A DNA stretch of 64,000 nt from a bacterium (GTDB taxonomy: Bacteria > Zhuqueibacterota > Zhuqueibacteria > Zhuqueibacterales > Zhuqueibacteraceae), in contig JBIOXB010000211.1 of NCBI GenBank assembly GCA_044869275.1, forward strand, positions 29,242-93,241. Reading direction: 5' to 3'. The notes under the pieces are model-generated. The model saw nothing but the letters and a program-made list of their open reading frames with translations. It did no database searches and was not told where the DNA came from. Of the stretch, positions 60,072 to 64,000 are shown in pieces (position 1 is the stretch's first letter; every line of letters starts with the position of its first letter). The position numbers were made by a program, and so were the translations under genes.

Positions 60072-61928
60072 CTACTCTGATTTTTGTTTCAGCGCATTTT
60101 GAGATAAATAAGCCATCATATAAACGGCGCTGGCGGTGCCATCCATGGTCGGCTCGTTGCTGGAGTAATCGCCAATATCGTCATGATAGACTGCTTCATG
60201 GCTTTGAAACGCGGCGAACTCATCCGGAGCGCTGAGATGCAACCCTCTGAGACTGGCGTAGATCGCTCCGGAAACCGGCCCATCCACCAAGCCGCCGGGC
60301 ACCATCTTGCGCGTCAAATACCAAACGCTGGTGTGAATGTCTTCTGGAAATTCACCGCCTGCGGGCAAGCCTGTGAACATGGACGTGCCCCAGGGGTTTC
60401 TCCCCAATAACCAATCGCGTTGTGCCAGCATGTATTCGTGAAATTGCATGTCGCCAGTCATTTGTTCATAAAACGAAATCTGCGTCGCCAACGCCACCAC
60501 CAGGTTGTTGGAACACCAGATGAACGGCGCCCCGACTCGAAATGGATTCCGAAGTGCGCGTTCCAGAGTTCTCGCAATGCCGTCACGGTAGTAATCGGCC
60601 AACAACTTTTGCAAGTCATCGCCCACGTGATGGTGCAGCGCAAAATGCCCGGGATTGACGAAGGGATAAAACTGATAGTGCTCGGTCGAGTCTTTTTCCA
60701 TCCAGGAAACGGTACCCGCCAGCTTTGCGTAATGGATGGCCTCTTCTAAAACTACGGGGTTTTGAGTGGCGGCATACAATTCGGCCGCAGCCCACTCCAT
60801 GTCGTCTGCCCACGTGTCTTCGTTATAGCGATAAGGCGCTCGGTAGGAATTTCCTTGTTGATAGCCCTCCTTCGTGCGGCCGAGCCGATACAGGCTTTGT
60901 GCTGCCTGCAGACACTCTTCGGCAAAAGCAGCTTCGCCGGGGATCTGCTTCCAGATGCGGTACGCGATGGCCATGGCCGCGGCTGAGCGCCCGGCGAGAT
61001 TGGCGACGCCGGTGGCCTTGCTTTGGTATGCGCGCAAGCCTTGCGGCTGGCCATTGGCAAAATAGACCACGCGATAGCTGGCTTTGCCCCAGCCGTAATC
61101 CGAGCTGTCGCGATCAGGCCATTTCCAGGCTATGTGATCGCGATCGTCAGCCACTTGATGATACAACTGGCCGGGTCGCGGGTGCAGATGATGTATCCAT
61201 GCCAAGCCCCATCTCGATTCGTCGAGCACGTCCGCCACGCCGTTCGGTTGCGGATGACCCAGCGCGTCAACATCATCGCCAAAGGCTTGCGGTGCCAGTT
61301 CGTAGGCGAGCAGCATGATCGCCGTGGCGTTGCTGGCGGTAATCAAATACTTGAGCTGATCGCCGGCGTCGTGCCAGCCGCCGCTGGCATCGATGAAAGT
61401 GGAGTCCGGCATGGGGCCATACATCGTGCGGCCGTCGAGTTGATGGCAAACGCGATCGAGAAAGGGATTGTAACCGCAGCGTTGCTGCCGCATGAATTCG
61501 AGCAGTTTGTCCGGATAGCCGGCATAGGTCTGCGCGCCGATGATGAAAATAGTAGAAGTGGCGCCAGCCTCGGCGAGGCGCAGATAATAGCGTCCTGAAG
61601 TTTTGAACGAGGAGAAATCAAGCTGATAATAATGCGAAAAACTGCCCCAGTTTGGCGCGCTTGATTTTCTCGCGTGTGCGACGAACACCTGTTTTCCAGT
61701 GGCGGCGTCAACCAGCTGGAATTTTTCGGCAACCGGCGTTTGGGAGAAAGCGATGGCGAGCTTCTGGTCTTCGTTTAGATACCCAGCCTGGTTGACGCGA
61801 ATGTAAACCGGTTTGGAAGGGGAAACGGCTCGGGCTTGGTGGCAGAGCAAGGAGAACAATTGTGCGGCCGCAATCATCGCGGTGCAGGAGACGATGAAAA
61901 GTGGCGATGAAGAGGTTCGAGTTTTCAT
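60072..61928 (-). CDS. Glycoside hydrolase family 9 (Ig-like domain plus catalytic domain)
   Basis: RVNQAGY, GGWHDAGD, DDMEWAA, LGRNPWG, YSSNEPTMDG. Confidence 0.92.
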   Translation of the reverse strand: MKTRTSSSPLFIVSCTAMIAAAQLFSLLCHQARAVSPSKPVYIRVNQAGYLNEDQKLAIAFSQTPVAEKFQLVDAATGKQVFVAHARKSSAPNWGSFSHYYQLDFSSFKTSGRYYLRLAEAGATSTIFIIGAQTYAGYPDKLLEFMRQQRCGYNPFLDRVCHQLDGRTMYGPMPDSTFIDASGGWHDAGDQLKYLITASNATAIMLLAYELAPQAFGDDVDALGHPQPNGVADVLDESRWGLAWIHHLHPRPGQLYHQVADDRDHIAWKWPDRDSSDYGWGKASYRVVYFANGQPQGLRAYQSKATGVANLAGRSAAAMAIAYRIWKQIPGEAAFAEECLQAAQSLYRLGRTKEGYQQGNSYRAPYRYNEDTWADDMEWAAAELYAATQNPVVLEEAIHYAKLAGTVSWMEKDSTEHYQFYPFVNPGHFALHHHVGDDLQKLLADYYRDGIARTLERALRNPFRVGAPFIWCSNNLVVALATQISFYEQMTGDMQFHEYMLAQRDWLLGRNPWGTSMFTGLPAGGEFPEDIHTSVWYLTRKMVPGGLVDGPVSGAIYASLRGLHLSAPDEFAAFQSHEAVYHDDIGDYSSNEPTMDGTASAVYMMAYLSQNALKQKSE

Positions 61929-62016
61929 TGTGCTCCCAGTTCGAACGCATCTGGATTCTGCCGCGGCATAATGCAAAATCGTGCGGATTCCTGCAAGCAC
62001 AATTTCAAGGCCTTCG

Positions 62017-62214
62017 TCAGTACATGCTGAACAATTGCAGAGACTCGGCCCAGTTCCCGGGTTTTAACTCAGCCGGCTTCTTCACAAATGCCGGAAGAGC
62101 CGGTTCTTGGGGCCCGGCCTTCTCTGCGTCAAAAGGCTCGAACAATTCCTGCAAGTCTTCCTTCGCGAATTCAAGAGCGGGCATTATAAAAAGATTCTTC
62201 GAGAAATCCATCAT
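62017..62214 (-). CDS. Small hypothetical protein
   Basis: 65 aa with an AAGGA RBS, directly after the 62224..62451 ORF. Confidence 0.45.
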   Translation of the reverse strand: MMDFSKNLFIMPALEFAKEDLQELFEPFDAEKAGPQEPALPAFVKKPAELKPGNWAESLQLFSMY

Positions 62215-62223
62215 CGCTTCCTT

Positions 62224-62451
62224 TCAAAACACTCCACGCGCCACGCAAAAAGGCAGCACCAAATAGAGCAGCGTGTCGCGCACCAGGTAATAGGTCACAA
62301 TCACTCCAAAAAACTTCCAGCCTCTCCGGCGAATGAGCACTTTAAAGCCGGATTGCTTGACAATCAAAATACTGTCGATAATATAGTGTTTGTAAAGCCG
62401 GATCAAGAAATTGTGTTGCACGGCTTTCGCGACGTATGTCAAAGCGCTCAT
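62224..62451 (-). CDS. Small membrane protein
   Basis: 75 aa; RRRGWKFFGVIVTYYLVRDTLLYLVLP hydrophobic segment. Confidence 0.55.
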   Translation of the reverse strand: MSALTYVAKAVQHNFLIRLYKHYIIDSILIVKQSGFKVLIRRRGWKFFGVIVTYYLVRDTLLYLVLPFCVARGVF

Positions 62452-62572
62452 GATTCTTCTCAGTATCCAAAAGGCATGGTTACAAAGATTTTAGGCCGTC
62501 GCTGCGGTGTGAATGACCGCAGTGCCGACTCTTGCAAACGGCCACGGACTTCCTTCCGCGGCTGAGTTTTTG

Positions 62573-62636
62573 ACCACGAACGGCCCGAAATTCACGAACT
62601 GCGGTCGCGTTCGTGTGTTTCGTGTCGTTCGTGGTT
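62573..62636. repeat. 9-bp-period palindromic repeat
   Basis: ACCACGAACGGCCCGAAATTCACGAA ... TTCGTGTGTTTCGTGTCGTTCGTGGTT. Confidence 0.75.
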
Positions 62637-62673
62637 ATCCTGGCGGTTGCGCCGATGGAGCGCCATTTTGGCG

Positions 62674-63423
62674 TTATGCTTCCTGCAAGGTTTTGGCATT
62701 ATTCACTGCCGGAATGAGCATCGGCACTTGGCGTCGATAGGTTGCATATTTCTCGCCGTGCTCGCGCACCAAATCGCGTTCTTCCAATTGAATGGCGATC
62801 AGGATGTACGCCGTGGTCGCAATCGCAAACACGAGATGCGCAACAGTCATCGTCGGGGTGGCCCAGAAGGCGAACAGCCAGCCGACGTACAGGGGATGCC
62901 GGACGTAATTGTATAAGATCGGCGTGACGAATCCCAGCGGCCGGTATTCTTTGCCGCGCAAATAGAGCCATATTTGCCGCAGTCCGAAAAGATCGAAATG
63001 GTTGATCAAAAACGTGGTGATCAGCACCAACAGCCAGCCGAACGCAAACAGCCCGTACAGTATCCCACGGCCAACCGGTACCTGTACGTCCCAGACGATG
63101 CCGCCCATCGGCTGCCATTGCCAGAACAGCAGAATCAGGCTCAGGCTCGAGAGCAAGACGTAGGTGCTGCGCTCCGCGGGCTTGGGAATAAAGCGCGTGA
63201 GCCATTTCTTGAATCCCCGCCGTGCCATGACGCTGTGTTGCACGGCAAACAGCCCGAGCAATGCGGCATTGACGAGTAACGCCGTTGTCAAAGGCACTGT
63301 GGGCGCAGAGTCGATCGACTTGGGCACCATAATATTGCCGACGAAGCCGCAGGCGTACAGAAACGTGACAAAGAAGATCAAATAACTGATCGCACCATAC
63401 ATGAAAACTGATACGCGTTTCAT
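62674..63423 (-). CDS. mddA: Methanethiol S-methyltransferase (ICMT-like)
   Basis: QHSVMAR, ERSTYVL, WQWQP, INHFDLFGLRQ, VRHPLY, EERDL, YRRQVPM. Confidence 0.88.
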   Translation of the reverse strand: MKRVSVFMYGAISYLIFFVTFLYACGFVGNIMVPKSIDSAPTVPLTTALLVNAALLGLFAVQHSVMARRGFKKWLTRFIPKPAERSTYVLLSSLSLILLFWQWQPMGGIVWDVQVPVGRGILYGLFAFGWLLVLITTFLINHFDLFGLRQIWLYLRGKEYRPLGFVTPILYNYVRHPLYVGWLFAFWATPTMTVAHLVFAIATTAYILIAIQLEERDLVREHGEKYATYRRQVPMLIPAVNNAKTLQEA

Positions 63424-63670
63424 ACAGGTTTCCTTTCAAAGGCGTTTTTGAAGATACCGGTGATTTTTCTTAGTAAAACTTGCTCGGCTTCCTCGAGTCC
63501 TTCTCGCATTGGAACTTCCGAGCCACACTTTACGGCCGCGTTGTGAGATAATATACGGGAAGAGACGAGGGGTTGCTACTGTCGGAAAGGATGGTTCGAG
63601 AGGAACTATACAAGAGGATAGGTGGAGGGATGGTTATGAAGGTTTTTCATTTTCCAGGAGCCTTTGCCTT

Positions 63671-63734
63671 AACCACGAAATACACGAAACACACGAACAG
63701 AAAGCATTTCGTGTGTTTCGTGCCCTTCGTGGTT
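63671..63734. repeat. 9-bp-period palindromic repeat abutting the GxxExxY gene
   Basis: AACCACGAAATACACGAAACACACGAA-cagaaagcat-TTCGTGTGTTTCGTGCCCTTCGTGGTT. Confidence 0.85.
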
Positions 63735-64000
63735 CATAGAATAATCCTTTCAACCGTCGCCTTGGGATAATGCCCAAAATTGACCAGCACGCCCAGCCGC
63801 AAACCGGTCGCTTTCAGATAATTGAACACTTGCGCCCGATGCACATCGTCGATTTCCTTCACGGCTTTCAACTCGACGATGATTTTTTCGTAACAAATGA
63901 AATCCGGTCTATAAGACTGCAGCAGCTTCTCGCCTTTATAGAATATGGTCAAATCAACTTGAGAGGAGAACGGTACAGCTCGGTGTAGAAATTCTTTGGC
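63734..64000 (-). CDS. GxxExxY protein (PD-(D/E)XK-like), partial at the window edge
   Basis: YRPDFICYEKIIVELKA...AQVFNYLKATGLRLGVLVNFG. Confidence 0.9.
   Translation of the reverse strand, partial: AKEFLHRAVPFSSQVDLTIFYKGEKLLQSYRPDFICYEKIIVELKAVKEIDDVHRAQVFNYLKATGLRLGVLVNFGHYPKATVERIIL

Noticed and set aside
63584..63635. GGATGGTT direct repeats upstream of mddA as a regulator site
   Set aside because: Short, irregularly spaced, and no cognate regulator is visible in the window.
1..64000. tRNA, rRNA, integrase or transposase genes
   Set aside because: No cloverleaf with a T-loop in context, no rRNA-like stretch, and no recombinase or transposase motifs found by eye.

Overview
Bacterial chromosomal window of moderately high GC. 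Gene content and repeat style suggest a Gram-negative FCB-group or candidate-phylum organism such as KSB1 (inference only). The left part (0.6-18.5 kb) is mostly housekeeping: a GAF sigma-54 activator, an ILVBL/HACL2-like TPP enzyme, a JAB-fused DinG helicase, fbp, ssb-cdd-udk-tdk-PNP, a GroES-like gene, csp, gdh-alr and an aminotransferase. 19.8-28.7 kb is a minus-strand operon (beta-barrel, two TPR proteins, ExbB, two ExbD, a TonB_C/AgmX protein and a small GltF-like protein) resembling the core of the myxobacterial Agl-Glt envelope motor. It has a candidate sigma-54 promoter, and one TPR gene is split at an A10 tract. 34.5-52.6 kb is an accessory minus-strand block: SigZ plus DUF2703; a PheRS-like SrmL-type ligase behind an apparent leader-peptide transcription attenuator; and a PAS/GAF sigma-54 activator whose candidate enhancer and promoter precede STAS, a stand-alone sigma region-2-like ORF, a Tat-signal nitroreductase-like protein, hydrolases, a methyltransferase, a decarboxylase and a haloperoxidase-like gene. 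The right end holds a two-component system, a TonB receptor, a persulfide dioxygenase-rhodanese with two YeeE/YedE genes, GH9, mddA and a partial GxxExxY gene. Several families of short palindromic intergenic repeats and several gene remnants are present. No rRNA, tRNA or CRISPR array was seen. All family assignments are motif recognition by eye, without database searches.
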